Assembly: GCF_009914755.1 (NCBI RefSeq)
Contig: NC_060937.1
Length of the DNA stretch: 64,000 bases
Reading direction: 5' to 3' (one strand)
DNA from: the human T2T-CHM13v2.0 reference genome, Homo sapiens
The notes under the pieces were generated by a model. That model was not told the origin of the DNA, did no database searches, and saw nothing but the letters and a program-made list of their open reading frames with translations. The translations under genes and the position numbers were made by a program. Below, piece by piece: positions 12,951 through 26,197 of the stretch. Each line of letters begins with the position of its first letter. The stretch's first letter is position 1.

Positions 12951-14282
12951 TGCCCATTCTGGAGAATATTTGATAACTAGCATTAAAAGTAATTTTATCT
13001 GAAAATATTTAAGATAGTATAATGTCAAAGTTGCAGGAAATTAATTAGGAAAATAATTCTTTATCTCTTGATTGAATAATTCATTTAGTGGTAACATTAA
13101 CATTTTAAAACATCTACCTCAAATTTTTAATCATAAAAAGTAATGACAAGAAGTGAAACAGACATTAAAGATTTACTGAAAGTCAAATCTAGAAGATGAA
13201 GTGATCACAAATAGCTTGAGAAATTACAACCTGGTTTTGAAGATGTTTATTGATACTATTCTATCAGATAGTGAATTTTCCACTTTGAAAGTAATATAAT
13301 AATTTAGGGATTAAGTGAAGTTAAAAAGTGGACTGCTGCTTAAAAAAGAATCAAAGATTTTAATAAAGATAACATAGGACACATGAGATTATCAACCTTA
13401 TAGCAGCCAAATTCATTCAATAAAGTTATGCAATGACTACAGAGGGTAGAAGTGGATATGCGCAGGCTCACTTGACCTCAGAAGGCTTATCATCTGGCAG
13501 ATAAACTCTTGTGGCCCCTTAGTTCTCAGGTTAAACAGCCAGCAACATTAGGTATACAATCTTATAAAGGTTAGAGACTTTTTCCCTAGTTTAATTTCTG
13601 GAAAACATTCACCTAAGCAAGATTATGTATTTCATGTAGTTAACAACTGGATTTATTGGTTAATATAATTATTTTTCCTTAAGCTGTTGATATAATTAAT
13701 GATACAATGAAATTCTGGATGTAAATTTCACTCTATTTGGAAACCAAAAATAGTTGGTGCAAAACCAACATTTGAAAGTGAGAGAAATGTGTAGTATATT
13801 CATTTCCATTATGTTGTAATTATACATACAATTTACACATGCAATGTATATTGCAACTTTGAGGGACACGGTTTTAACATTCTTACATTATAGACTAGAA
13901 GAAAATTATTTGAAGACATTTGGCTTCATAAAATCATTGAGTGTTGCTGGTTTCTTTTCCTAGTCTTCTTTCTAATACTGTACATTCTCTTTTTGAAAGC
14001 AACTATTATTTTTATTTCTCCATAAGTTCTCTGAAAGAAATGAAATGTCTTTCATTAGAAATTGCAAATATAAAACATGTAAAATTAAAGATAGTACAAA
14101 ATACTTTTGAAATTTTCACACAGTAACAGTATTTATTTAAGGCTTTTTGTGAAATAGTTAACATTGTCTTTGCCTTGAAGCACACTCACTATGAGATAAT
14201 GACATAAGTACATCTAAAATATTTAAAAATCATTGATAAACATGTACTGATGATTATGAGGATTTTCAAACTGAAAATATAG

Positions 14283-14365
14283 ATTAGTGGTATACAGACA
14301 CACATGTGTGTGTATATATATACACATTAGTGGTATACTGACACGTGTGTGTGTGTGTGTGTGTG
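14283..14365. repeat. 43-bp-period tandem duplication ending in (TG)n
   Basis: ATTAGTGGTATAC(A/T)GACAC at 14283 and 14326. Confidence 0.85.
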
Positions 14366-14483
14366 ATTTTTGAAAATGTTTGCTGATCAAAGATTCCCAC
14401 TGACTGTCATGTTAATTTCAGTTTGGTGTCTGGTTTTGAGTATTTTATGTAATATTTTATTTGCTGTGTAGTCTCTCCTTTAG

Positions 14484-14846
<363 letters not shown>

Positions 14847-15159
14847 GGTGATTTTTTTTTTTTTTAACAGAACCATTACTATCTTCACTAGAGGAGATTT
14901 CAGGGGAGTATCACTCAATTTTCTCCTGGTTACTTGGTGGCAGAAATTCATTACTGGGGCAGCTCGGGCTGACATCCAACTTGGTTCTCTTTATTGTGCA
15001 ACCAACGGCTTAGAGCCTACATCGGAGGGAGAGAGAAGGTAGGGCAAGACAAAAGTCAGCACTTTTTTGGAAATAATGAAGTGGAAGTTATTTGTATTAA
15101 GGATATTCTTTCTCTGACAACCTCCTTTTCACCCAGTTGATGAAAGAGGGATCCCCCTT

Positions 15160-15621
15160 TGTAAATTATACGAGATGATCAAACACACAAGACTGGACAG
15201 ATGAGATTTACAGCAGTTTGTTAGTCACACATACTCATAGCCCAGGGGAGGAGGCTACCACATGCCATGCAGGGCCATACAGGGGAGGAGGGGCTTCATT
15301 TGGGAGCAGAGTGAACCTGCAGGAGTTGTGGGAGGCAAGCTTTGTAGTAACAAGAAGATGGTGTGTTGTGGGGAGGACCCCTTGGTTCCCACAGGAGGAT
15401 GTGATTATCTTGTTGGACTAATTGCTCTGAAGGGAGGTGAAAGCCATTAGGTTGAAGACAGGGTGGGATGGAGCTGGTCCAGCTAAGGGAGGTAGCCAGC
15501 AAGCAAGCCTTTCCATCTGGGTGGGGGGCATATCTGGCCAGAGCAGGAGAACTCATGACTAGGGACCTGTGAGGCTCAAAGATGTCAAGGCAGTTCGTGG
15601 GATTTTAGTGCTTGCAAAACA
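15160..15621 (-). mobile_element. ERVL-type solo LTR (MER76-like)
   Basis: TG...CA ends; CTGGACAGATGAGAT..ACAGCAGTTT..TAGTCACA..TACTCA..GCCCAGGGGAGGAGG resembles recalled consensus; subfamily uncertain. Confidence 0.55.
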
Positions 15622-15859
15622 GTTCTCCTAGTTAAAAGCTTAGTGGAGGTAGGAAGTAGGAGCAGGTAGTACCTTGGCCAGCCCCACGTCAGTGAGGTAC
15701 TATCAGGCCATCGTTGAAGCCAATGCAGGGCTCTGGACCACTATAACCAAGGTGTTCAGCAGGTTGTCCACATGGATAGCTGTGAGTACCAGAGTTTATA
15801 TTTATATGATAGGTTGAGTTCAAGGGGCCACAAACCAGGTGTCTGGCTTTTCAGGCAGG

Positions 15860-16050
15860 CGAGTGTAGTGACTAAAGGGGTACAAAAGTTATGAAGCCTG
15901 GCTTGCATTTGGGCTCTTATCAGGATTTCTGGAAGGTTATTTAATCTCTTTGTACTTCAGTTTTCTCAGTAGTATAATAGTAACTGTCTCATGGAATGGT
16001 TGAAATGTTAAATGAGATAATATCTGTAAGTGCTTAATAAATCTTAGCTC
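15860..16050 (+). mobile_element. MIR SINE (diverged)
   Basis: GTTATTTAATCTCTTTGTACTTCAGTTTTCTCA...TTAAATGAGATAATATCTGTAAGTGCTTA. Confidence 0.65.
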
Positions 16051-16144
16051 TTGTCATTGACTGGGTATAAAAGTTACCCAAATCAGCTTCTGAGGGTAAA
16101 CTAATTAGTGGCCAGTCTTAGCCTAAAAGAATAGTCAGGGTTGA

Positions 16145-16489
<345 letters not shown>

Positions 16490-17619
16490 GAGGTTTTTTA
16501 TTTCTCTTTACAAGGTCCTAAGTTGACAAACTATAAACATATAAACAGTTACATAGAAAGTATCAGGGAAGTTTTGGATTTAGAATATTACTAAGCTGTA
16601 TTTTAAATAATGACCATTTAAGGATTCTCCTATCCAAGGGTATTGGTATTTTGAAAGCAAAGCGCAATGCCTATTATATAAAAGACATTCAATACATTTT
16701 TTAAATACATTTTGTAAAATAAGGCATTATAACTATCAAATTATGGACAGTTTTCCCTAGCTTCATTTGTAATGTTTACCAGTAAATTGAATAAAAGGCT
16801 AGTTATGGTATAATTTGCAGAGGTTGCTCTAGAATGTTCTTATAAAAGGGATCGTGGCATTGTGTTCTGGGTGGAACTAGAAAACTTGTCTTGAAGCTTG
16901 GTAGCTTCAGTAGCAGGCATACTGTTGCCTTGCGTGGTGGGCTTAGGGATGCTAATAGGACAAGATGCCCTTCCAGGCCACATGCTGGCTCATCCACTTT
17001 GCTAGCAGTTATGGATAAGAGGTAGAAGGAAAATATATTTATTTTTTGTTAATGGGGATATTTTATACAGACTAAATATATTCTTGTTAGTTCCTATGGC
17101 ATTTCTATAAATGACCTCCCACCTGTTTTGTTAACTTATAAAATCACTGAGAAAACTTGCTTGTGTGTCTCTTTAAACTCCTGTTAAGCCTAGAATAGCG
17201 GTTAAAAAAATTGTATGTTTTCAACCAATATGTATTAGTCAATTAGCTTTTACTGAACCATCAATACTCAGTTGTGTTTATGATTTTTATCCTTGCAAGA
17301 CACACCGTTTTAGAGATTCCAGTTAATGGGATAGATGGTAATTTAAGGATCTTTTTGATGCTAAGAGTCTAAGATGATCAAATCTATCAAGGAGAGATCT
17401 TGGTAACAATAAAGATGTTTTAGAAAAACTTGGGAATTTATTAGCCTTATATAGAGATACACATAATTCCAGTAGAATACAGTTATATAGATAGAAATTA
17501 TGCATATTTACTAGTAAAAAATCTGCTAAATGAATAAACAGCCCTTGGTGTTGCTGCCCAAAGGCCTTTGGTGAAACCTGATGGGTTTTTCTGTACCACA
17601 GAATAGTCAAGGAGAGCCT

Positions 17620-17845
17620 CTGGAGAAGAGCATGCGGTCTGGATTTGGAAGCCTCAGTTTGATTTCTGGCTTTGTCACTTACCTTAGGCATTCAGTAAGT
17701 CACTTCACCTCTGTGTTCCTGTTTCCTCATCTGTAAAACAATGATAATAGTAGTAACTACTTTATAAGGTTGTTATAAAGATTACATGAGTGAATTCATT
17801 TCCATAAAATACTTAGAATATTATCTGGCCCATAAGCACTATATA
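17620..17845 (+). mobile_element. MIR SINE
   Basis: AAGTCACTTCACCTCTGTGTTCCTGTTTCCTCATCTGTAAAACAATGATAATAGTA. Confidence 0.8.
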
Positions 17846-18990
17846 CATTCTCATGGTTTTTCTTGTTTCTTTTCATAGATATAGGTGGCTTCCAGACAAT
17901 CTTTCCATACTTGGTGGTTAGAGCAGAAGAGATTCATGAAGAGCACTGCCCTTTGAAACAAAATCTCATATTCAGAAAACTGATGCCAAACACCAAGTAG
18001 CATGATTTCACTCTGAAGCAGTGTTTCAGCCATTGCCCTGGAATGGTTTTAAAGCAAGTGATATACTGCTGAAAGTGCTGCCTTTGATATTAAATGTTCA
18101 TTAAAAATCTTCACTAAGACATAAAGTTTTTCACTACTATCTCTTGGTAAGGGTTCAAATTTGAGATGAAATTCCTTAAAGTGGTTAAAGCATTCATTGT
18201 CCCCTCTGCCTGATGCTTTTAACTAGTTTATTTTACAGAAGGAGTACTCTCTTCAAGTGGCTGTAGATTGAGACACTCTTACAGGCTTAGTTGTTGAGTC
18301 AACCACATTTAAAAAATGCACCTGCCCTTTGGTTTATGGTGCGTAATGCATTCCTCTCATAAACTGTAAATTGACAAAATTCCTTTGCCATTTTAAAATT
18401 GCTTAAAGTATTTATTTTTCTATATTCCTTGTAAGGAACTCCCCTGAGCACTCTTAACTTAATTGCTCTCTGAAAAATATTTTAAAGAAATTCCAGAAGT
18501 GGTAAAGCTCAGAGGAGCCCCACAGATACAAAGTGCTGAAGTAAAATATGATGCTAAATGGTGATAAGAGACTTAAAACTAGATTTCATTGTGATAAGAA
18601 TGTGATAAAGTTTGATTGTAATTCTTATACCTCCTTTCAGAAAATCATGTTATAGAAAAATGTTCCTAAGCAGTAAAACAAGGCCATTTTAAAAAATAAC
18701 TTCTCATGTGCACTCTTTAACAACCTAAGTGTTATGAAGTCTCTCAATTGAGATCTTTAACCGTAAATAGTTTTTGCCTTTTGTATTATGTCCAGATCCT
18801 ATTTAATGCAATTAGAATACAAATTCCTATGTACTGAGGACCTTGATTACATAGATGAGATATTTCTTAGTTCCAGTTGGTGTTTCTCATCTCTTGTCTT
18901 CTCTGACCCTATTTATACATTCTCTGTTTTTATCAGATGATTCTTCCCCAGAACGGACTGGGAGAGCGAGGTCCGGGTTTCCTTCTATTT

Positions 18991-18998
18991 ATTTGCAT
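18991..18998 (-). promoter_or_regulatory. Octamer (POU) motif
   Basis: Exact ATTTGCAT (ATGCAAAT on minus) about 80 bp upstream of the GC boxes; binding not shown. Confidence 0.5.
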
Positions 18999-19074
18999 CG
19001 ATGTCGCTCCGAGTCTTCAGCACTGGGCCGCGTATGACAGCATCTTAGTGGGTGCGGAGCGGGACAGCGCGCCG

Positions 19075-19127
19075 GGGGCGTGGCAGGGGCGTGGCCTGTC
19101 CGCGGGGCGGGGAGTGCGGGGCGGGGC
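19075..19127 (+). promoter_or_regulatory. GPC5: Four SP/KLF GC boxes of a TATA-less core promoter
   Basis: GGGGCGTGGC x2 and GGGGCGGGG x2 in tandem; no TATA box seen. Confidence 0.8.
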
Positions 19128-19184
19128 TTCCGCGGAGCGCAGCGAGCGGGCACATCCCAGGTTAGCTGCTGCGAGCCGAGCCGG

Positions 19185-19256
19185 GCGGCGGAGGCGGCGG
19201 CGGCGGCGGCAGTGGCGGCAGTGGCGGCAGCGGCAGCAGTTGCAGCAGTGGTGGCC
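19185..19256 (+). repeat. GPC5: Interrupted GCG/GCA/GTG triplet repeat in the presumed 5' UTR
   Basis: 24 consecutive GNN triplets; longest pure run (GCG)5 at 19194-19208. Confidence 0.9.
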
Positions 19257-19263
19257 AGAGCGG

Positions 19264-19293
19264 ATGCTTGCGGGCTCCCTGCGGCTCCACTAG
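19264..19293 (+). promoter_or_regulatory. Candidate 9-aa upstream ORF (MLAGSLRLH*)
   Basis: Only ATG between the GC boxes and the main start; weak context cggATGc. Confidence 0.55.
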
Positions 19294-19570
19294 TTTTCTT
19301 CGCCCCGCCCAGCCGCCCACTCTTCTCGGCTAGGGAAGAAGACCAGAGGGTGCTCAGCTGGAAAACTCTGGTGTCTCAGCTTAGGGCCTCCTCCGGGAAG
19401 AGCTAACTGCTCCCAGGTGAAGCCGGTGCCCGCGGGCGGTCCGTACACCCCGCAGCCGGCTCGCACCGCTCGAGAGCCTCGGCCGCTGTGTCTTCCACGT
19501 CTGCAGCTCAGCCAGGGCGCGCAGGGCGAGTGGGGTCCACTGGCGGGTAAAGGGGACCAGGACGGCGAGG

Positions 19571-19733
19571 ATGGACGCACAGACCTGGCCCGTGGGCTTT
19601 CGCTGCCTCCTCCTTCTGGCCCTGGTTGGGTCCGCCCGCAGCGAGGGCGTGCAGACCTGCGAAGAAGTTCGGAAACTTTTCCAGTGGCGGCTGCTGGGAG
19701 CTGTCAGGGGGCTGCCGGATTCGCCGCGGGCAG
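19571..19733 (+). CDS. GPC5: Glypican-5 coding exon 1 (signal peptide and start of the Cys-rich domain)
   Basis: Translates to MDAQTWPVGFRCLLLLALVGSARSEGVQTCEEVRKLFQWRLLGAVRGLPDSPRA(G), recognised as the GPC5 N-terminus with the glypican CxEVR motif; strong Kozak AGGATGG; ends at CAG|GTAAGG donor in phase 1 (163 nt). Confidence 0.97.
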
Positions 19734-22700
19734 GTAAGGGGCAATGAGGGGGTCTCTGGACTGGCGGCGTCCGAGCCCGGCCTTCGCTCCCCCAGGCTCC
19801 CTTGGTGGCACTCGTGGGAAGATGACCTTTCGGGCCCTGCAGCCGCGCAGGGTGAATCCCGGGGAGGCCTCCGGGGATGCTTGGTGCGGGTAGCCTGAGT
19901 GCAGCGCAGCGCAGCTCTGGGGACCCCTAACCAAGCCTGCGACGAAGCCCCGTTCTGGGCATCTGCTTCCCGCCCGGCTCCCTTCGTCTTGGAGGATGAG
20001 TTGGAAGGAACCAGGAAAGCAGACATCAGGGCGTGGGGGACACGCAGTCTAACTCCGTTTCTCTTCCGAGTAGGAATTTCCCCAGTGCCCCACCGGGGAT
20101 TTCGGTTTACTGCTTTCTCATAAGGTGGAGGGAATTGAATTGATCGCCCCAAGTTTGGTACTAAAAATCACAAACCTGCGATATACCCCTTTGCTGGAGA
20201 ATGGGGCACAGACAAGGGCAGCCGGTCTCCTCTGTAATTAGGACTTGGACCCTGTGCACCCAGAGACGTGACCCTTAGCTGCCCTTCTGTGCCCTCGTAT
20301 CAAGCCCTGCTTGGAGGAAACCCAACCACCCAGTGTGTCTCCCAGCACCAAGGTAGTTTTTAGCCTGAAAAGTGTTAAGGCAACAGGCGATCAAACCGAA
20401 CGTACTGGGGAGTCACTTGACATGGATGAGATGTACCAGCGTTCCAAAGGGAAAGATACAGTTTGTGTGGCCAGCGTGGATCTTGCTTCCTGTGAGCGCC
20501 TTTTGCCTGTGCTTTCGAACCCTGCTCCCCGTTTCCACCGCACCAATTTCCTTCTGCTGGTGGGAGTTCCAGTGTAGGTTCTGTCTGGAAGAATAGGTCA
20601 TAGCTGTCAAACGCAATAGCAGGTGTCTAGAGCTAAGTAAGATCTCACTAGAGCCGTGCACCCCTTTAGCTGTGACTATGAAGCCAACACAGACGAATCT
20701 GTGAGGTTACTGGTTGAACAAAGAACTTGTGGAGGACGCTTAAGTCTAAAGTCCCGAGTTTCCAGGGTTGGGGGACTTGCTTGTAGCAATGAGGAAGTGT
20801 GAGCTGTAGCCGCTTTTCTTGATTGCTTTGCTCAATTTTAAGTCATCCCAGAAAGAAAATCTAGGCATTCGGGAACACTGACTCCATTTGAGTTTACATG
20901 ACCAGTCTTAAACCCAGCTATTTCTTTGTATACCTGTTTGGTACTAGGTGCTTTTTCTGTATTACTTGAAACAAAGTTGACATTCTCAGTTTAGGGCGAT
21001 TCTTCTATCCCCAAATAAAATATCGCCTTATAGATCTGTATTTTTCTTAGTGCATTCTTTTCATTAGGAAATAAATCTCACTTTATTGGCTGCTGATAAA
21101 ACTAAAGTGAGTTTGTGCGTGTGGGTGGTGAGGGTGTTATGATGTGAGATCTTTACCTGAATTATTAGATTTTTAGTCCCCAAATATGGTAACTTTGCCT
21201 GCTATGTTCACCGAATGTTGATGGCCAGCCCCTTCTCCCCAGTAAGGCCCTGATTTCACTCCACTCTGGTATCTCAGTATTTCTGGTATCTGCTGAATGC
21301 AACACATTGATTGGGTGTTCATCTCTTTTAAAGATGAACTTTCCAGAGTATCAGTCACTGAGACAGTGTCTTACCAGGATGTCAGGGAAAACTAAAGCTC
21401 TGTCCTAAGGAGAGGGAAATGACTGTAATTATTTGCATTTGATACACATGACACACAAAAAAGTTCCATGACGACAAGGAATCTTTCTTTTCTAAGTCAC
21501 TCTGGATTGTTTCCCCATTGCTAGTAGATTTTTTAAATCTGTGGCTGAAGGTGATGGAGGAATCACGGGAGCACTCACAGAAGAGGCTTAGAGACATCAG
21601 TGGTACTGGTGAAAAGAAATGCTAAGTTCCTTTAATATTTTCACTAAGAAAAAGTCACACAAAAGTGCTATGCTGATTTAGATCCACCCCCCAAAAAAGG
21701 CATTCATATAGGAATTTGATATAATTCTGAAGTTTTGTGTCTGTATTGTTGGTCATTCTTTTACAAATAATTCAGCAAAATATTAAACTTTTTTAAACAC
21801 TGATTCCTCTCATCTCTCTAAAAAAAAAAACCCCTCAATCCCAAATTGAGTAAACCAAACATACCACATGCTTAATAAATAATTTTCTTTCTTTTTGTAT
21901 TTATATATGATCTACAACATTTAACATGATTGAATATGGTAATTGACTATCATATTTTCTAAGATTATCCTCAATCTCAAGAGAGAACATAATTTAGTCA
22001 TTTCTCCATGAGAATACAAATAGTAATATCTTTTAACAAATCTATTCATTTAGCACATACCCTTTCACTGACTAAAACAAACACATTTAATTTGATTTTG
22101 TTTTTGGAAGTACGTATTTTTACTGCTTTCTTGCATTTCTTGTTCACAGTGGTTAATCCCTGAGATGTCTAGCCAAAACACAGTTTGTATAATATAAGCA
22201 GGTAGAATAAGTTTTTAGTTTCTTCCTACCTTTGTGACTTTTACTTTTTCTGATAAAAATGTTATCCAAATTGAAATTATTAAAATTGTGAGAGCAGTGA
22301 TTTAAACTGTTTCTCAGATTCCCCTCACCTTTGTTCTCTACCCTGCTCCAATTCTTTTAAGCCTATTGAGCTCCTAAGGATGTTTGGATGAGAAATGTAA
22401 AAAAGGAGAGAAGGTGTAAATGTGATTAGAATTAGAGATTTCCCTGTGTTCCGATTTTATTTTCTAAGTAGTAGTCAAGGTGCCTTTGCTCTTGTTTATT
22501 TTATTCAGAAAAGAACTGTTACTGAAAGTGTCTTTTAAAGGTCTTTTCATTTTTATTTTATTTATTGGGGATGGGGATAATGCTTTTCTATTAAAATTCT
22601 CTTTGCACATGCATTGTGCATTGTTCACACATGCAGTAGTTCCTCTTTTAGAGGGTAGTTCAGAAAGGGGAAGTTCATAAAAAATAATACATTTAGATAA

Positions 22701-23004
22701 TTTATATACCAACTATTTTTTGAAATATGCATGTTTGTTGATATAGAAATCTATAGCAAGTATACTCTCGATATCAAGTAGTCTGTGAAAGTAACTTTTC
22801 CTTGGTAGATTTTGGCTATAAATAGAGTAATAAAAATAAACTCTTGACATGGCTAAGTGAAATTTTAATACTAAAAGACACTGTAAGCAGTGCTCTGAAG
22901 TTGTTGTTGTTTTTTAAACTGCTTTCATTATAATCAAATCTTATTATTGCTCCAAGGACAGTGTAGTTTCATTCTCACACCTAAGAAAAATGATCTGCTT
23001 GGTA

Positions 23005-23220
23005 ACCTTGGAGTTTGGATTTACTGGATAGACATTTGGCTTTCAAAACTTGGTTCTACCACTTGTAGTTCTGCTTCATAGACAAATTATCATCTTGAAC
23101 CTCTGTTTTCTCATTTAGAAATAGGAATATTCTTAAAAAGTGTTTGCATAGATAAAATGAAATAATGTAAAATGTCACAAATCCAGGCACATAGTAAGTG
23201 CTGAAAATATGTTCTTGTTG
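23005..23220 (+). mobile_element. MIR SINE (diverged)
   Basis: TTGAACCTCTGTTTTCTCATTTAGAAATAGGAAT...GGCACATAGTAAGTGCT. Confidence 0.65.
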
Positions 23221-23719
23221 TCATTATAATTTTTTTGTTTACTGTCTTGATTTTAACTTGATTTTTAAGGATGACATTTTAATTTTAGATCTTTATATAT
23301 CAAAGATGTTTTTACAATAATGAGTTGGTTTCAAGTCAGAAATGATTATTTTTAAATTTGGGAAATGTATTTTTATCTAAAGTGATATCCGTTACATTAT
23401 GGTGAATATTTTGTTTATTTTTGTGAACTAATAAACCTCTATGAAACAAGGCTGCGCTGCTGCTAGCTGCAATGCCCATAACCACTGTCTCCACTGCCAC
23501 ACCACCGTTCTTCTGTCTGTAGGGAGGTAAAATAGTGCTTCTAAGGTGGTTTACAGATTCACACAATTAGAATGTTGGTGGCCATAGTCACTCATGGACA
23601 GTAATCTGAAATTGCGACTCTATTTCTCATGAAACCAATTTTGCTGTTTGAACAACGTGTTTGTGGGGATCAAATTTCCAAAGCCAGAATTGGGACCCGT
23701 CGTCTGACATTGGGGCAGA

Positions 23720-24212
23720 TGATTAACATCAGGATTGCCCTGGGTCGAAGCCCACCAGCCAGGAACCACTGGAAACAAGATTGTAGTAAAATTAGATTCA
23801 TTTTGTTTGTTGCAGCAAGGGAGATTGCACACCAAAGGGACTCTGGAGAGTTTGGTAGTAGGTAGTTGGGAGGGCTTTTTATAGGATTTGGGCTTGTGGT
23901 GGGCTATTATTATAAGGAAGGTTTAATGAAGTGGGGCAATTCAGGAATTGGCTATTTTGGTAACTTTTATCTAGGTGTTAGAAAGATTAAGGTGGGGTAG
24001 TTGTCATAAATAAAGAAGCAGTAGTAGCTAGTGCTGGTTAAAAGAGGGGAATGTTTAGTTATTTTTGTGGTTGCAGAGTGCCTTTGTCCTCATCCTTTTA
24101 TACCACAGGTCCCAAGTGGTCTTGCCTCATCATTGTTTTCTAATTCTGTGCATGTTATTTATCTTGAATTGTGAGCATCAAGGCCCAGTTCCACTTCCAG
24201 GACAGTTTGTCA
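23720..24212 (-). mobile_element. Old ERVL-type LTR (LTR79-like)
   Basis: TGCAGCAAGGGAGA, TATAGGATTTGGGCTTGTG, GGGGAATGTTTAGTTATTTTTGTGGTT resemble recalled consensus. Confidence 0.45.
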
Positions 24213-25717
24213 CCTTTTCCCTTGGGAAGTCCAGTCTGTGCTTTGATGTCTAAGAGAATCACGTGTTTCATTTTTCTCTAGGCCTTTAGTGCATCTTAAT
24301 GGTGGAGAAGTGAGTTTGATTTTCTACTTTAGGGTCATAGAATCCAATGGCTCATCAGGTGCTGAACTATACTGATCACACATATTCCCTCATGGGGTTA
24401 ATTATAACTATTGCTGTCAACTATAAATCTAGTGCATCAACTACAAATATTATATATGTCCCCATTCTCTCTCCATCCCATAATTTAAGTTCCATTTTGC
24501 CGAGTGTCCAACATCCTATAGTTGTAAAATTGGCTTAGGAGGGGTACAACTTGAGGAATTTAAGAATAATATTTTCCACTTATCACCCCCCAATCCCTAT
24601 TATTTTTCCTTGTTTCCAGCCTGTTAAGGCTTTCCGGAAGATGGGTATTTTTGGTGTGTACATGTATGTGTGTGTGTATAATCCACTTTCACATTGTCCT
24701 TATATTTGATAAGAACACTTTCTAAATCTACCACATTTCTTTTATAGTTACCTGGTAAGACCAAGAACAACATTCTAGCTAGGTGCCTCAACTAAACAGA
24801 CATAATTTATAGATGAATGGTCTCTTGGTATAACTGTTCAACCGACAAACAACAGATCTGATTTGTTAAAATGGAGTCATGAGAGACTTGAAACATATGT
24901 CTGTTGAAATATATTCTCTGTGAATGTGGTATCTGATCTACTTGGTTAAGTAACAATAGCAATTAATTTTAATAGATAATAGCCATTTTCCATATCTACC
25001 TTTCTTTTATAAAGTCCTGACCTTCAACTAGAAGAAAAGGCAGCACTGATTGTGCTCTCAATTCTTGAACTTTTCAGTTTTAGTAAATCTTCCATTTCAC
25101 TAATGAGATTGCCCAAATTATCCTAAAATGATTATTCATTCCTCTGTGAATCACCACAAACAGCACAGCCCTTGATTAGCTGCATCAGGGCCACATATGG
25201 CTACTATGTAAGTTGAATGTGCAGTGTACCTTTATAGAAAGAAAAGAAGATGTTATACTTCCACGTTTTTATGGAAGAATGTATGTTTTCTTAAAAATTT
25301 ATAAAACTGAAAAGTACAAATAAAGTAAAATAATTTTACCATCCAGAAATAACCACCGAAATGCCTTTGCATTGTCTTTTTAGCATGCTCATCAGCCCCC
25401 TGCTAAGCATGACTATTTTTTGAAAGAATATAGAATAATTTCCTTTTTGAAAAACATGGCTTTTCCAATTATGAATGTATCTTTATTTCCCATTTCCCAT
25501 GCTGTTAAATATCTTTCTAAGCCTGATTTTTTAAAGTGGCTGTACAGTATTGGATTAAATCTCTGTAGCATAAATTAAATTCACCTTTGTCGTTAGAACT
25601 GTAGGTTTCCAGTATTCTCTACCATAAAGTCACATACTTGGCTGAGGACATCAAAGGCACATGTGCCAAACTCCTACACAACTCATGGCTTTGTACATGA
25701 TTTACATTACTATACGT

Positions 25718-25939
25718 TAGGGTTTTTCAGCCTGAGTGCCATTGACATTGGGGGATTGGCAATTCTTTGTTGTGGGGTGCTGTCCTGTGTATTGTAGAAT
25801 GTTCAGAAGCATCTCTCACCTCCATCCACTAGATACCAATAGCATTACCACTCTCCACCAAGTCGTGATGACCAAAAATGACTCCTGACTTTGCCAACTG
25901 TCCCATGGGAGACAAACTTGTCCTCGTTGAAAACCACAG
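25718..25939 (-). mobile_element. MER20 hAT-Charlie MITE
   Basis: ATTGACATT..AATTCTTTGTTGTGGGGTGCTGTCCTGTGTATTGTAGAATGTT..CCACTAGATACC..GTTGAAAACCAC. Confidence 0.88.
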
Positions 25940-26197
25940 GTGTGAACTCTTCAACCTGTGGGTCCTTCACACACACAGACTGTGTGGTTGGCTTGTTTGC
26001 ATATCTTAGCTTAAATGTCAGCTCTTCACAGAGGCCTTTCTCAAGTTCACGAAACTAGGTTACACCACTTATTATGGTGGAATCCTTTTTGTTTCCTGTG
26101 TGGCACTTTTCACGGCGCCACGTTCCTTTTCTTTGTTTTAACTCTGGGTCTTTTGCCACTAGGTTGTGTACGTGATGGAGACAGAGAACATACCTGC

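Larger units (their letters stand above)
18950..20150. promoter_or_regulatory. GPC5: CpG island spanning the GPC5 promoter, exon 1 and start of intron 1
   Basis: Abrupt shift from AT-rich, CpG-poor DNA to GC- and CpG-rich DNA; edges by eye. Confidence 0.92.

Noticed and set aside
19421-19570. 50 open codons in frame upstream of the GPC5 ATG
   Set aside because: No ATG; bounded by TGA at 19418; the signal peptide starts correctly at 19571
19290-20152. Several 75-214 aa ORFs on both strands over the CpG island
   Set aside because: Stop-poor GC-rich DNA, mostly non-ATG starts, no recognisable domains; the real coding frame starts at 19571 and is not in the track
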